The translations under genes were made by a program, and so were the position numbers. DNA of 62,620 nt, from positions 1-62,620 of IMG/VR virus record IMGVR_UViG_3300008110_000094. One strand, given 5' to 3'. The stretch is from a virus (lineage: Duplodnaviria > Caudoviricetes). The notes under the pieces were generated by a model. That model saw only the letters and a list, made by a program, of their open reading frames with translations. It was not told where the DNA came from and searched no databases. This document shows, piece after piece, positions 1-9,446 of the stretch; positions within the stretch are counted from its first letter, which is position 1, and every line of letters begins with the position of its first letter.

Positions 1-114
1 GCGACCATGAGGGAGCGGTTCGGCCCGAGCATGATGGCCTGACCTTCGCGCAGGCCCATCTTGGCCCGCTTCTCCGTGTCCTCGGCATCGGCGGCCACGC
101 GCGCCGCGCGCAGC
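1..114. repeat. Terminal direct repeat, identical to 62507-62620 (circular assembly overlap)
   Basis: GCGACCATGAGGGAGC...CGCGCGCAGC is present identically at both ends (114 bp). Confidence 0.97.
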
Positions 115-188
115 GTCATGCCCCGGTTCAAATTCTGCTTCACCAGATAGTCCCGGTAATCGCAGCCCACGTTCCCAGCAATTCCCAT
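1..188 (-). CDS. 68-aa hypothetical protein spanning the circular junction (188->1, continuing 62506->62488)
   Basis: GGGAG RBS and ATG at 188. MGIAGNVGCDYRDYLVKQ...MVAERGEG* reads through the join without a break; first gene of the leftward operon. Confidence 0.7.
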   Translation of the reverse strand, partial: MGIAGNVGCDYRDYLVKQNLNRGMTLRAARVAADAEDTEKRAKMGLREGQAIMLGPNRSLMV

Positions 189-245
189 GATCGTCTCCCG
201 TTCAGAATCGGTTGCGCCCAACGCGCCACCTAAAACGTAGCATAG

Positions 246-262
246 CGTATCATTACGTTACG
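246..262. promoter_or_regulatory. 17-bp operator CGTATCATTACGTTACG inside a leftward promoter (GTGACC-N17-TATGCT on - strand)
   Basis: Matches the motif repeated around cI/cro. Confidence 0.7.
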
Positions 263-337
263 GTCACTATTATTCTTGACTCCGACCGAAGAAAATCAAA
301 TCCCGGTCAAATCTCAAACCATAAGCAAATTCAACAC

Positions 338-402
338 CGTATCACCATGGCACGCAAGCCCATTGACAGCCTCAGTCCAGAAAGCATATCCATTGTGGCA
401 CG
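338..402 (+). promoter_or_regulatory. Operator CGTATCACCATGGCACG (338-354), rightward promoter TTGACA(363-368)-N16-CATATC, and a half-operator at 386-402
   Basis: Motif match plus a consensus -35 upstream of terS. Confidence 0.6.
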
Positions 403-467
403 GTCGAACTGTTGCCCCCACCCCTAGGTCAGCGACCAACCCCCACCCAAAACAGAGGCCAGCCCCG

Positions 468-1067
468 ATGTCCGCCAAGCGGATCACCGAGCCAGAAGCG
501 CGTGCTGCGTATTTGGCGATGGGTCCAGAGCGGTCATTGTCAGCCCTATACCGGCACTATTCATCGACTATGCCGAAGGGGTCTAAACCGCCTGCGCTCA
601 TCACGATCAAAGGCTGGTCTGCAAAGCAGGGATGGCAGGCCCTAGCCGCCGAGCACGATAAGCGCTCGACCGAACGGGCAGTCGCCAAGCTGGAAAGCAA
701 GCAGGCCGACCAGACGGCAGACGCCGCCCTCGAGCTTGGCCTGGATCGCCGCTACGTCCTCCAAACCCTCAAAACCGTCGTCGATCGGTCCCTGCAGGCC
801 GAGCCGGTGCGGGACGAGGACGGCAACCCGACCGGCGAGTGGCGCTTTGACGGCAAGGCCGCAACGACCGCCGCAGTCGCGATCGGCAAAGAGCTTGGCA
901 TGTTCCGCGAGGCGCCGGCCGCTGCAGCGCCGCCCACCAACGTCAACGTCACGATCAACAACGTCGATGTGCGCGTAACCCAGGTTCGCCAAGAGATAGA
1001 GGGATTGCTGGCCTATGAGCCGCCTCAAATTGCCGCCGACGCGCCTCGCCGCGATCGAGTGGTATAG
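468..1067 (+). CDS. terS: Terminase small subunit
   Basis: N-terminal HTH-like region, 'D..GNPTGEWRFD..AA....IGKELGMF' motif, position directly before terL; ATG 468 preferred over TTG 276. Confidence 0.8.
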   Translation: MSAKRITEPEARAAYLAMGPERSLSALYRHYSSTMPKGSKPPALITIKGWSAKQGWQALAAEHDKRSTERAVAKLESKQADQTADAALELGLDRRYVLQTLKTVVDRSLQAEPVRDEDGNPTGEWRFDGKAATTAAVAIGKELGMFREAPAAAAPPTNVNVTINNVDVRVTQVRQEIEGLLAYEPPQIAADAPRRDRVV

Positions 1068-2598
1068 GACCGTCCTCGAGGCCGCCGCCCAAAAGTCCGA
1101 CGAGCACCTTCACGAAGCCCGCCGCGAACTATGCCGCCGGGATCTGTTCTATCTGCTAGTCGGCCCCTTGAAGCGCAAGGACGTGAACCGGGATTGGCTC
1201 TTTGAGCGATGCCGCGAGGTCCAGGCCGAGCCCGACGACCACATCGACCTTTGGGCACGCGGCCACTACAAGAGCACCATCGTCACTTTCGCCCTGACGA
1301 TCCAAGAGATACTCGTCGATCCCGAAATCACCATCGGGATTTTCTCGGACACGAACAAGGTCGCGAAGGCGTTTCTTCGCCAGATCAAGACCGAGTTCGA
1401 GATAAATGCCGACCTGAAAGCCCTGTTCCCCGACATCCTTTGGGCCAAGCCCCAGCGCGACGCCCCAAAGTGGTCCGAGGACGAGGGAATCACCGTTCGG
1501 CGCATCGGCAACCCGAAAGAACAGACCGTCGAAGCCTACGGGCTTCTGGACGGCCAGCCGACCGGCCGACACTTCAAGCTCCGCGTTTACGACGACGTTG
1601 TGACGCCCGAGACAGTCACCAGCCCCGAGATGATCGCCAAGGTGACAGACCGCCTCGGGGTTTCCGACAACCTCGGGTCCGAGCATGGCCGGGTGCGCTA
1701 TATCGGCACGCGCTACCACGCCGCCGACACCTACGACACGCTGATCAAAAGCGGCGAGGTCAAGACGCGCATCTACCCGGCAACGGACGACGGGACCGAA
1801 ACCGGCAACCCGGTGTTCCTGACGCCCAAGGAGCTGGCGAAGAAGCGCCGCAAGCAAGGCCCGTTCACTTTCGCATGTCAGATGCTTCTGAATCCGACTG
1901 CGGACAAGATGCAGGGCTTCCAAGAAGGTTGGTTGCGCTACTGGTCGGGCAACAGCACCGCCGGGCTCAATCTCTACCTGATCTGCGACCCGGCTTCCGG
2001 CAGGCAAAAGACCAGCGGCAAGAAGAACACCAACGATTACACGTCAATGTGGGTGGTCGGGGTCGGATCGGACGGAAACCGCTATGTGGTCGATGGCGTG
2101 CGCGATCGGCTGAACCTCACGGCTCGCGCCAAGCACTTCATGCGCCTGCATCGCCAGTACCGCCCCGTCAAATGCGGCTACGAGAGCTACGGGCTGCAGG
2201 CCGACATCGAGCACATCAAGTACGTCCAGGACGAAGAAAACTACCGCTTCGACATCATCGAGCTTGGCGGTTCGATGCCCAAGATCGAACGCATCAAGCG
2301 CCTTGTCCCGATCTTCGAGCAGGGCCGGTTCTATCTGCCGCACACGCTGACCCGCTTCGACGAGCAGAAGAACGCCGTCGATCTGGTTCGCCGGTTCATT
2401 GAGGACGAATACCTCTCGTTCCCGGTCTGCGCGCACGACGACATGCTTGATTGCCTCGCTCGTATCACAGACGAAGCGCTCGGCGTGTTTGAGCCCGAGC
2501 CCACGTCCGACGCAGCCCGCTGGGCCCGCGAGGACGACGACAGCCGCGACTATTCCGCCGACGACACCGGATCGAGCCTCGATTGGCTCACCGCCTGA
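1015..2598 (+). CDS. terL: Terminase large subunit
   Basis: ARGHYKST Walker A variant, YDDVV Walker B, GTRYH coupling motif, CDPA...DYT nuclease region, HDDMLD. Confidence 0.95.
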   Translation: MSRLKLPPTRLAAIEWYRTVLEAAAQKSDEHLHEARRELCRRDLFYLLVGPLKRKDVNRDWLFERCREVQAEPDDHIDLWARGHYKSTIVTFALTIQEILVDPEITIGIFSDTNKVAKAFLRQIKTEFEINADLKALFPDILWAKPQRDAPKWSEDEGITVRRIGNPKEQTVEAYGLLDGQPTGRHFKLRVYDDVVTPETVTSPEMIAKVTDRLGVSDNLGSEHGRVRYIGTRYHAADTYDTLIKSGEVKTRIYPATDDGTETGNPVFLTPKELAKKRRKQGPFTFACQMLLNPTADKMQGFQEGWLRYWSGNSTAGLNLYLICDPASGRQKTSGKKNTNDYTSMWVVGVGSDGNRYVVDGVRDRLNLTARAKHFMRLHRQYRPVKCGYESYGLQADIEHIKYVQDEENYRFDIIELGGSMPKIERIKRLVPIFEQGRFYLPHTLTRFDEQKNAVDLVRRFIEDEYLSFPVCAHDDMLDCLARITDEALGVFEPEPTSDAARWAREDDDSRDYSADDTGSSLDWLTA

Positions 2599-2620
2599 CC
2601 CAAAACCACAGGAGACACAG

Positions 2621-2836
2621 ATGCCCTGCACCCAAGCGTTCCTCGACGCCAACCTCGCCCCGGACGTGGACAAGGCCGCTCAGGCCAAGATCAACGTCCC
2701 GATCACCTACGCCGGGAACCCGACCAACAACGTGACGCCCGAGTTCCAGCACCAGTTCTGCCACGACACCAGCAACGGCGACCTGTACTGGGCCTCGACC
2801 GCCGCCGCCGCTGGCTGGAAGAAGCTCAACAACTAA
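2621..2836 (+). CDS. Small putative virion protein (71 aa)
   Basis: AGGAG RBS, ATG 2621, host-like codon usage. Confidence 0.7.
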   Translation: MPCTQAFLDANLAPDVDKAAQAKINVPITYAGNPTNNVTPEFQHQFCHDTSNGDLYWASTAAAAGWKKLNN

Positions 2837-2857
2837 GGCTGAGGGGAGCAAGGCGCC

Positions 2858-3157
2858 ATGCCGCTCTACATCACCGAGTACCAAAGCCTCGCGAGGGCCA
2901 ACAACGGCCCGTTTGTCTCGGCAGGCCAAGAGCCCAACGTGGCCGAGCAGCAGGTGGCGATCAGCGGCTCGTCCACGCAGTCCGCAGCGTTCAACGCCAA
3001 GACGGGCTTCGTGATGATCCACACCGACGCGATCTGCGCCCTGGCGTTTGGCGACAACCCAACTGCCGCCAACAACCGGCACCGCATGGCCGCAGGCGAG
3101 GTCCGGTTCTACGGCGTTTCGCCCGGCCAAAAAGTCGCCGTCATCACGGCGACGTAA
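2858..3157 (+). CDS. Small putative virion protein (99 aa, beta-rich)
   Basis: GGGGAG RBS, typical codon usage. Confidence 0.75.
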   Translation: MPLYITEYQSLARANNGPFVSAGQEPNVAEQQVAISGSSTQSAAFNAKTGFVMIHTDAICALAFGDNPTAANNRHRMAAGEVRFYGVSPGQKVAVITAT

Positions 3158-3171
3158 GAGAGGATCGAGCA

Positions 3172-3468
3172 ATGATTCGAGCCGGATCAGGCGGGGCCGC
3201 TCCTGCCGAAATCGGGCGCGTCACCATCGATGCCGGCGCCCGCCCTTCGGCGTTCGACATCGCGCAAGAGATCGTCGCCACGTCCGCAGACGGCGGCGTG
3301 ACCATCGGACAAGCGCTCAAACTCTTGTTGGCCGTCATGGTCGGCAAAGTCTCGGGCGCTGGCACGTCAACGATCACCTTCCGCGATGTCAACGACACCA
3401 AGGATCGCGTCGTGGCCGATGTGGACACGAACGGCAACCGAACCAACGTGACCAAAGATGTTTCCTAA
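3172..3468 (+). CDS. Hypothetical virion-associated protein
   Basis: RBS and codon usage; beta-rich C-terminus TITFRD...RVVADVDTNGNRT. Confidence 0.7.
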   Translation: MIRAGSGGAAPAEIGRVTIDAGARPSAFDIAQEIVATSADGGVTIGQALKLLLAVMVGKVSGAGTSTITFRDVNDTKDRVVADVDTNGNRTNVTKDVS

Positions 3469-3601
3469 GTCCTATTTCGGCGCCTCGTTCTTCGCGCCGC
3501 AGTTCTTCCCGCCCGTGACCGACGCGCCGCCGATCGTCACGCCGACCAGAATCCCCACCCTGTTCATGTCGAACATGGGCCGCCTGCTTGGAAGGAGATA
3601 G
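3458..3601 (+). CDS. 47-aa Phe/Pro-rich small protein (below the ORF-track cutoff)
   Basis: MFPKSYFGASFFAPQFFPP...MGRLLGRR* fills the gap between the previous gene and portal. Confidence 0.55.
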   Translation: MFPKSYFGASFFAPQFFPPVTDAPPIVTPTRIPTLFMSNMGRLLGRR

Positions 3602-3605
3602 CTGA

Positions 3606-5600
3606 TTGACCTACGGCCCGGTGCCATCCCGACAACTGCCCAAGCAGGACTCGCAAAAGTCCCGCCTCATGGTGGATCGGTGGTATCGCGGCTCGCAGGC
3701 CATGGAAGATTGGGCCAAGGGCGCCAAGCAATGCGTCGATTTCTTCGAGGGGCGCCAGTGGTCGGCTGACCAGCTTGCCAAACTCACCAAGGAAAACCGG
3801 CCCGCCCTAGTGTTCAACAAGATCGCCCCGCTGGTGCGCCTTGTCGTCGGCTACATGCGCAACAACCGCACGGACATCCGCTACCTTCCGGGTAACGAAG
3901 GCGGGGGAACCGAGAACGTCGCCGAGATCCTGTCGCGCGTCGCCAAGCAGATCGGGGAGCAGAACCAACTGCCGTGGATCGATGCCGAGGTTTTCATGGA
4001 CGGCATTCTCACCGGCCGGGGCTTCTACGATTGCCGCCTCGATTTCGAGCGCAACGATCTGGGCGAGGTCGCAATCTCGGCCGTCGATCCGTTCTCCGTC
4101 GTGCTCGACCCCGACGCCAGCAGCTACGACATCAACGACCACGCCTCGGTCACGACGACCAAATGGATCTCGATCGACGAGGTTGAAACCTGCTACGGCC
4201 CCGAAGCGGCCAAGCTCATTCGGCCCTTCATCGGGACCAGCGCCGGGGCAACGTGGGGCGGCTTCCCCTATCTCGACCTGTCTGGGCCGGAAATCACGCC
4301 CATTCGCACGTTCGGCCAGACCGACGATCCGACCCAAGACACGTTCCGCAATTTCTTCCACTCCGAACTGATCGACCTCTACCGCAAATCCGTGCGGGTG
4401 ATCGACCAACAGCATCGCGTGACGACGTGGGGACCGTGTTTCATCGACTTGGAGACGGGCGACAAGCACCCCGTTCCGGACGATTGGGATCAGATCAAGA
4501 TCGACAAGGTGCTCTACCACGCCCAGCGCATCAACAATCCGCTCGTTGTCCAAAACCGCCCCTACAAGCGGGTGCGCTGGACCGTGATGATTGGGGACGT
4601 GATGGTGCACGACGATTGGAGCCCTTACGAGAACTACACCATCGACGCCTATTTCCCGTATTTCCGTCGCGGAATCACGCGGGGCATGGTCGCGGACATG
4701 ATCGACCCGCAGCTTGAAATCAACAAGCGCCGGTCGGCTCAGATCGAAATCGTGTCGCGCTCGTCCAACACCGGCTGGCTTCTTAACCGGGACAGCTTGA
4801 CCAACGAGCAGGCCGACAATTTCAAGCGCCACTCGTCCAAGCCCGGTTTCATCGGGGAGTACCGCGGCGATCCGACCAAGAAGCCCGAGCGCATCCAACC
4901 CAATCCGCCCGCAATGGCGATGGAACGCCTCGAGCAAAAGTCCGAAGAAGATTTGCGCGTGATCACCGGCATCAACGAAAGCGCCCTCGGTGAACTGGAT
5001 CGGGTGCAGTCGGGCCGCGCGATCGAGGCCCGCCAGCGTCAGGCCGTCATCGCGATCCAAATCTACATGGACAATTTCGCGCGGTCGAAGGAGCTGCTTG
5101 GCCGCCGCAAACTCGAACTGATCCAGAAGCATTACACCGAAGAACGCATGTTCCGCATCATGGGCGAGGACGGCCGCCTTTCGACCATCATCATCAACCA
5201 GCGCATGATGGACCCGACCGGACAGACGTTGATCGACAAGATCAACGACATCACGGTTGGCAAATACACGGTATCAATCGACGAAACGCCGCTTTCGGCC
5301 TCGTTCGCATCGGCGCAGTTCGAGGAAATGCTGGCCCTACTCGAGAAAATGGGTCCGGTCGGTATGGCTGTTGCCCAATCTCGCCCGGATCTAATCGTCG
5401 AACTTTCGTCCCTTCCCCGCAAAGAGGAATGGGCCAACGCCATCAAGCAGGCCATGGGCATGCAGCCCGCAGGTGCGCCGGGTGCGCCCCCAGGTGCACC
5501 GCCGCCGGGCGGCGGCGGCCAACCCGTCGATCCGTCTGTCGTCGGCGGTCAGAACGTCATCCCGCTTCAACCCGGCGCCCCGCGCGCCGTCACGGCTTAA
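3606..5600 (+). CDS. Portal protein (P22-like)
   Basis: F..G.QW...NRPALVFNKI, G.V.D..DPQ..IN, SGRAI.ARQ.Q motifs; size and position. Confidence 0.92.
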   Translation: MTYGPVPSRQLPKQDSQKSRLMVDRWYRGSQAMEDWAKGAKQCVDFFEGRQWSADQLAKLTKENRPALVFNKIAPLVRLVVGYMRNNRTDIRYLPGNEGGGTENVAEILSRVAKQIGEQNQLPWIDAEVFMDGILTGRGFYDCRLDFERNDLGEVAISAVDPFSVVLDPDASSYDINDHASVTTTKWISIDEVETCYGPEAAKLIRPFIGTSAGATWGGFPYLDLSGPEITPIRTFGQTDDPTQDTFRNFFHSELIDLYRKSVRVIDQQHRVTTWGPCFIDLETGDKHPVPDDWDQIKIDKVLYHAQRINNPLVVQNRPYKRVRWTVMIGDVMVHDDWSPYENYTIDAYFPYFRRGITRGMVADMIDPQLEINKRRSAQIEIVSRSSNTGWLLNRDSLTNEQADNFKRHSSKPGFIGEYRGDPTKKPERIQPNPPAMAMERLEQKSEEDLRVITGINESALGELDRVQSGRAIEARQRQAVIAIQIYMDNFARSKELLGRRKLELIQKHYTEERMFRIMGEDGRLSTIIINQRMMDPTGQTLIDKINDITVGKYTVSIDETPLSASFASAQFEEMLALLEKMGPVGMAVAQSRPDLIVELSSLPRKEEWANAIKQAMGMQPAGAPGAPPGAPPPGGGGQPVDPSVVGGQNVIPLQPGAPRAVTA

Positions 5601-5621
5601 CCACCAACCCAAGAGGCTAAA

Positions 5622-6056
5622 ATGTCCGACGAAACCAACACGACCGAACAGCAGCCCGCCGCCGCAACAGCCGACGCGGCGCTCACGCCCTTGGCAATCA
5701 CGGAAACAAGCGTCGCAAACGAAATCGCGCGCATCGAGCGCATCATGCGTATCGGGTTCCCGGTCCAAGTCGTGTTTCGCGACGGCCGCACCTTCAACGG
5801 CTCCTATGTGCAGGCGGGGATCATCGTCGGCGGGCCGTTCAAAGGCGGCAAGGCGCTCGCGAACATTCGCGTGCTCACCGATGCAGCCCCAGGCGAACAT
5901 CCCGATCTGCCGCGCTTCTGCAGCATCCCGCATGTTCTCGCCAGCTCCCCCGAAGATGCTGTCATTTGGCGCACGCCCGACGACGACAATCTGGGCGGCT
6001 GGCTGGGCAACGAACCAGCGACCAACGGCCCGCAAGCGCACCCGCAGGACGAGTGA
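5622..6056 (+). CDS. Hypothetical protein
   Basis: GAGG RBS, ATG, codon usage. Confidence 0.7.
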   Translation: MSDETNTTEQQPAAATADAALTPLAITETSVANEIARIERIMRIGFPVQVVFRDGRTFNGSYVQAGIIVGGPFKGGKALANIRVLTDAAPGEHPDLPRFCSIPHVLASSPEDAVIWRTPDDDNLGGWLGNEPATNGPQAHPQDE

Positions 6057-6063
6057 CGCGACC

Positions 6064-6615
6064 ATGACCACGGTGCGCCACAACCCCGACCTTCTCTTGC
6101 TCCCCGCGATACGGCGCCGCCTTCAAGGCGAGGCGGATTTCGAGGACGGCCCCGGCATCTATTGGGCTGTCATGGTGCGCGCCGATGGCATGCCCCGCGT
6201 CGAAACCTCGATGGGCATCTCGATCACGCCCGTTCCCGAGCAGGTGATGTTCGCGCACGACATGGTTGAAGGGCTCAATCGCCATCTGCACCACGACGGC
6301 GCCTGGATCGTGGCCTACACCCACCCCAACCCGCGCCAGACCGTGCTCGACACGTTCACGCTCTTTGGCCGCTTCACCTTCATCTGGCTCGACGCCGACG
6401 CCGATCCGCAGTTCACCGTTGAGTGCTCTCAAAGCCTGTTCCACGAGGTTCTCGAAAAAGGCCCCGATTACTGGATGGCCGAGTGCGAGCGCCATTGGTC
6501 CACTTGGGACCGGCAGATGCGCCAAGTGCTCGACCGCAAAATCCGATCGATCGCAACCTTCAAACAAGCCCAGGGTCAAGGAGCGCCGAGCAATGGCCGA
6601 TATCCCGTCAACTGA
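6064..6615 (+). CDS. Hypothetical protein
   Basis: C-terminal part of ORF 5473..6615 from ATG 6064; globular-looking sequence. Confidence 0.65.
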   Translation: MTTVRHNPDLLLLPAIRRRLQGEADFEDGPGIYWAVMVRADGMPRVETSMGISITPVPEQVMFAHDMVEGLNRHLHHDGAWIVAYTHPNPRQTVLDTFTLFGRFTFIWLDADADPQFTVECSQSLFHEVLEKGPDYWMAECERHWSTWDRQMRQVLDRKIRSIATFKQAQGQGAPSNGRYPVN

Positions 6616-6889
6616 TCGCCGGGCGCCAAACGCTTGGCTCAGCCCTCAGTTCCTTCTCACGGTCGGCACGCTGGTATTCGGCGGCATCGTGGCTTGGGCC
6701 TCGCTCATGGCCGAGGTTCGCGGCCATGAAACCCGGCTGAGCAAGCTCGAGATCGAGAACCGCGACAGCAGTGCGACTGACCTACAGATTTTACAGCGCC
6801 TCGCCACGATCGAAACCCGCATCGGGTATCTCGTCGATGCCGAAGGACGCCGCCAGCAGCGCGAAGATCGCATGCCGCGCCAGCCGTAA
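6593..6889 (+). CDS. Single-TM coiled-coil protein (holin/XhlA-like)
   Basis: AGGAG RBS; TM FLLTVGTLVFGGIVAWASL followed by heptads RLSKLE...RLATIETRI. Confidence 0.65.
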   Translation: MADIPSTDRRAPNAWLSPQFLLTVGTLVFGGIVAWASLMAEVRGHETRLSKLEIENRDSSATDLQILQRLATIETRIGYLVDAEGRRQQREDRMPRQP

Positions 6890-7027
6890 ACCCATCCGGG
6901 CCGCCGCCGGTTATCTCGGGCGCTGGGTTGCTGAACCCCTCAAAACCAGCACGACGACCAAACCAAAGGTGCCGCCGACCTATGACGGGCGCGACCGCCT
7001 CTTGAGCGAAATCCAAGGAGACTCGCT

Positions 7028-8188
7028 GTGACAACGCAAGACACTGGTGCCCAGATTCCGCCCGACGCAACCCAGACGACGACTGCGGGTAACGACCCCG
7101 CCGCAGCCGCACCGCCTGCCAGCGCCGAGCAAAGCCAGCCCGCCCTTCCAGCAACCATAGAAATCGACGGCCTCGTGGTCCCGACCGACCTTTCTTCGGT
7201 TGAAGATCTCGATCTGCGCGAACTCTATGAACTGAAACTGGACGCGCACAAGCAGGCCCAGGAAAAAGGGAACACGGCCACACCGCCCGCCCAACCCGAA
7301 GCGCCCGCCCCGACGACCGGCAAGGAAACACCGCCGGCCGCTCCGACCGCCCCCCAGCGGCCGAACGGCCAGCCGATGATTCCGAAACCCCGTCTCGACG
7401 AAGCGCTCAAGGCCAAAGCCGACGCCGAAGCAGCGGCGGCTTATTGGAAGGGTGTTGCAGACGGACGCCAACCGGCAGGCAAACCGCCCGCCGATGCCCC
7501 GTCATCGACGCAGACCCAAGCCCCAACGGATCTCGCCGCCATCAACGCCCAGCGGGTTCAACTCGCCAAGGACTTTGACGACGGCAAGCTCACCGCAGCG
7601 GATTGGGAGCAGAAGCGCCAAGCCCTCGACGACCAAGCGCAGGAATTGCGGGAAGCCGCACTACTCGCCAAACTCCCGAAGGCTTCCAGCGAAAACGACC
7701 TTGTGCTCGAGGAACGCACCGCCCAGATCGCGGCGCAGCATCCCTATTCGGAATTGGTGTTCCCGGTCCAACCGGACAACAACCCGATCATGGACGCCCG
7801 CCGCGCAACCCTGGCGGCCGAAGCCAACGCCAATGTCGTTGCGGCCAATCCCGGCATTCAGCCCGGAGCCCGCGCCGATCTTCTGTACCGCGCCGAACTG
7901 GCCCGACTCACCGATGTCTATGGCCCCATCTGGTTTCCGAACCAGCCCAAGCCCGCGCCAGCGACTCAAACCTCTGCTACGCCTCAGCCCGCCATCTCCA
8001 AGACGGCCCAAAACCGTCTCGAAAAGCTGGTGCTGGCAGGCCAGCAGCCGCCCAACCTCGCCGCAGCCGGGAAATCCGGGCAGGGCGAAGGTGGGCTCAG
8101 CGAAGCCGCGATCGCACGCATGAGCGACGACGAAATCGCCGCTCTGCCGCCGCAGCTTCGCGCCAAACTTACCGGGGTCGCACCCTAG
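7028..8188 (+). CDS. Capsid scaffolding protein
   Basis: AAGGAG RBS; Ala/Pro-rich, MIPKPRLDE motif, 'I..MS..E..ALP' C-terminus; directly precedes capsid. Confidence 0.82.
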   Translation: MTTQDTGAQIPPDATQTTTAGNDPAAAAPPASAEQSQPALPATIEIDGLVVPTDLSSVEDLDLRELYELKLDAHKQAQEKGNTATPPAQPEAPAPTTGKETPPAAPTAPQRPNGQPMIPKPRLDEALKAKADAEAAAAYWKGVADGRQPAGKPPADAPSSTQTQAPTDLAAINAQRVQLAKDFDDGKLTAADWEQKRQALDDQAQELREAALLAKLPKASSENDLVLEERTAQIAAQHPYSELVFPVQPDNNPIMDARRATLAAEANANVVAANPGIQPGARADLLYRAELARLTDVYGPIWFPNQPKPAPATQTSATPQPAISKTAQNRLEKLVLAGQQPPNLAAAGKSGQGEGGLSEAAIARMSDDEIAALPPQLRAKLTGVAP

Positions 8189-8245
8189 CGACCGTCACCA
8201 CCCCCCTGCTTTGCAGGGCGACGGTCGCCAGCATGGAGAAATCCA

Positions 8246-9361
8246 ATGGCAGCGACCGACTTTGGCGCCCTCACGGACGCCGTGAAACGTACCTGGGCCG
8301 TTGAAATCTGGATGGCCTACCGCGACAACTCGTTTTGGTTCTCGAACGGGTTTATCGGTGCCAGCCAGAAGGACACCAACAAGCCCGTCTATCGCGTCAC
8401 CGAACTCACCGAGACGGAACGCGGCCTCGAGTGCGTCATGCAGCTCGTCCTCGACCTCGAAGGCGACGGCGTGACCGGCGACAACTTGCTCGAAGGCAAC
8501 GAAGAAGCCCTCGTCAACGACTCGCAGATCATCAAGATCGACCAGCTTCGCGCAGGCGTGAAGAACAAGGGCGAGATGGCCGAACAGGCGACCGTCATCC
8601 GGTTCCGCTCGGAAGCCAAGGACAAGCTCGGCTTCTGGCTCCCGGACAAGCTCGACGAACTGATGTTCCTCACGGCATCGGGTCGCGCCTACTCGCTCAA
8701 GACCAACGGGGCCACGCGCACCAACTCGCAGCTCAACACGCTGCGCTTTGCGGGCGACGTGACCGCGCCTTCGACCAACCGCAGCCGCTTCGCCGGCTCG
8801 GCCACGTCGGAAGGCACGCTCACGGCGGCCGACAAGATGTCGTGGTCGCTCTTGGTCAACTGCCGCCAGTACGCGGTGTCCAACGGCGTGAAGCCGATCC
8901 GCGATCGCGGCAAGGATTACTACGCCGTCGTGATGTCGCCCGCCCAGCGTCGCGACCTCGTGCTCGATCCGGTCTATCAGACCATCGTTTCGCGCGCAGC
9001 GGAGAAGGGTTCCTCGAACCCGCTGTTCAACAACGCGATGGCGACGGTCGATGGCCTGATGATCTACGAACACCGCAAGGTGTTCAACACGACGGGCCTT
9101 GCCTCGGCTTCCAAGTGGGGCTCGGGCGGCACGGTCGAAGGCGGGCAGGCGATCATGATGGGTTCGCAGGGCCTCGGCTTTGCGACCATCGGCAACGCCT
9201 TCTGGCGTGAAGCCGACAACACGGACTACGGCAACCGTCCGGGCATCGGCTACGGCCGCAGGTTCGGCCTCTTGAAGCCCCGATTCAAGAGCCCGTCGAA
9301 CGGCGGCACGCGCGAGGACTTCGGCATCGTTTCGGTGCGCACCGCCGCGTCGACAACGTAA
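8246..9361 (+). CDS. Major capsid protein (N4-gp56/DUF4043-like)
   Basis: L.GDGV.GDN.LEGNEE.L, I.IDQLR, NPLF, DYGN, EDFG motifs; strongly biased codons. Confidence 0.92.
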   Translation: MAATDFGALTDAVKRTWAVEIWMAYRDNSFWFSNGFIGASQKDTNKPVYRVTELTETERGLECVMQLVLDLEGDGVTGDNLLEGNEEALVNDSQIIKIDQLRAGVKNKGEMAEQATVIRFRSEAKDKLGFWLPDKLDELMFLTASGRAYSLKTNGATRTNSQLNTLRFAGDVTAPSTNRSRFAGSATSEGTLTAADKMSWSLLVNCRQYAVSNGVKPIRDRGKDYYAVVMSPAQRRDLVLDPVYQTIVSRAAEKGSSNPLFNNAMATVDGLMIYEHRKVFNTTGLASASKWGSGGTVEGGQAIMMGSQGLGFATIGNAFWREADNTDYGNRPGIGYGRRFGLLKPRFKSPSNGGTREDFGIVSVRTAASTT

Positions 9362-9373
9362 GGCCAACCCGCA

Positions 9374-9400
9374 GGGGAAGGGGCCGCAAGCCCTTTCCCC
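9374..9400 (+). other. GC-rich hairpin after the capsid gene
   Basis: GGGGAAGGGGC-CGCAA-GCCCTTTCCCC; no U-tract. Confidence 0.5.
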
Positions 9401-9446
9401 TACGGACCCAGAACCAAACCCTCAAGAAGCAAAGGAGGCAGGCACA

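Noticed and set aside
1-114. Biological terminal repeat
   Set aside because: The repeat falls inside a gene and is more simply an assembler overlap of a circular contig.
276-467. TTG-started N-terminal extension of terS
   Set aside because: It overlaps AT-rich promoter/operator DNA; ATG 468 has a GAGG upstream and begins the domain-like sequence.
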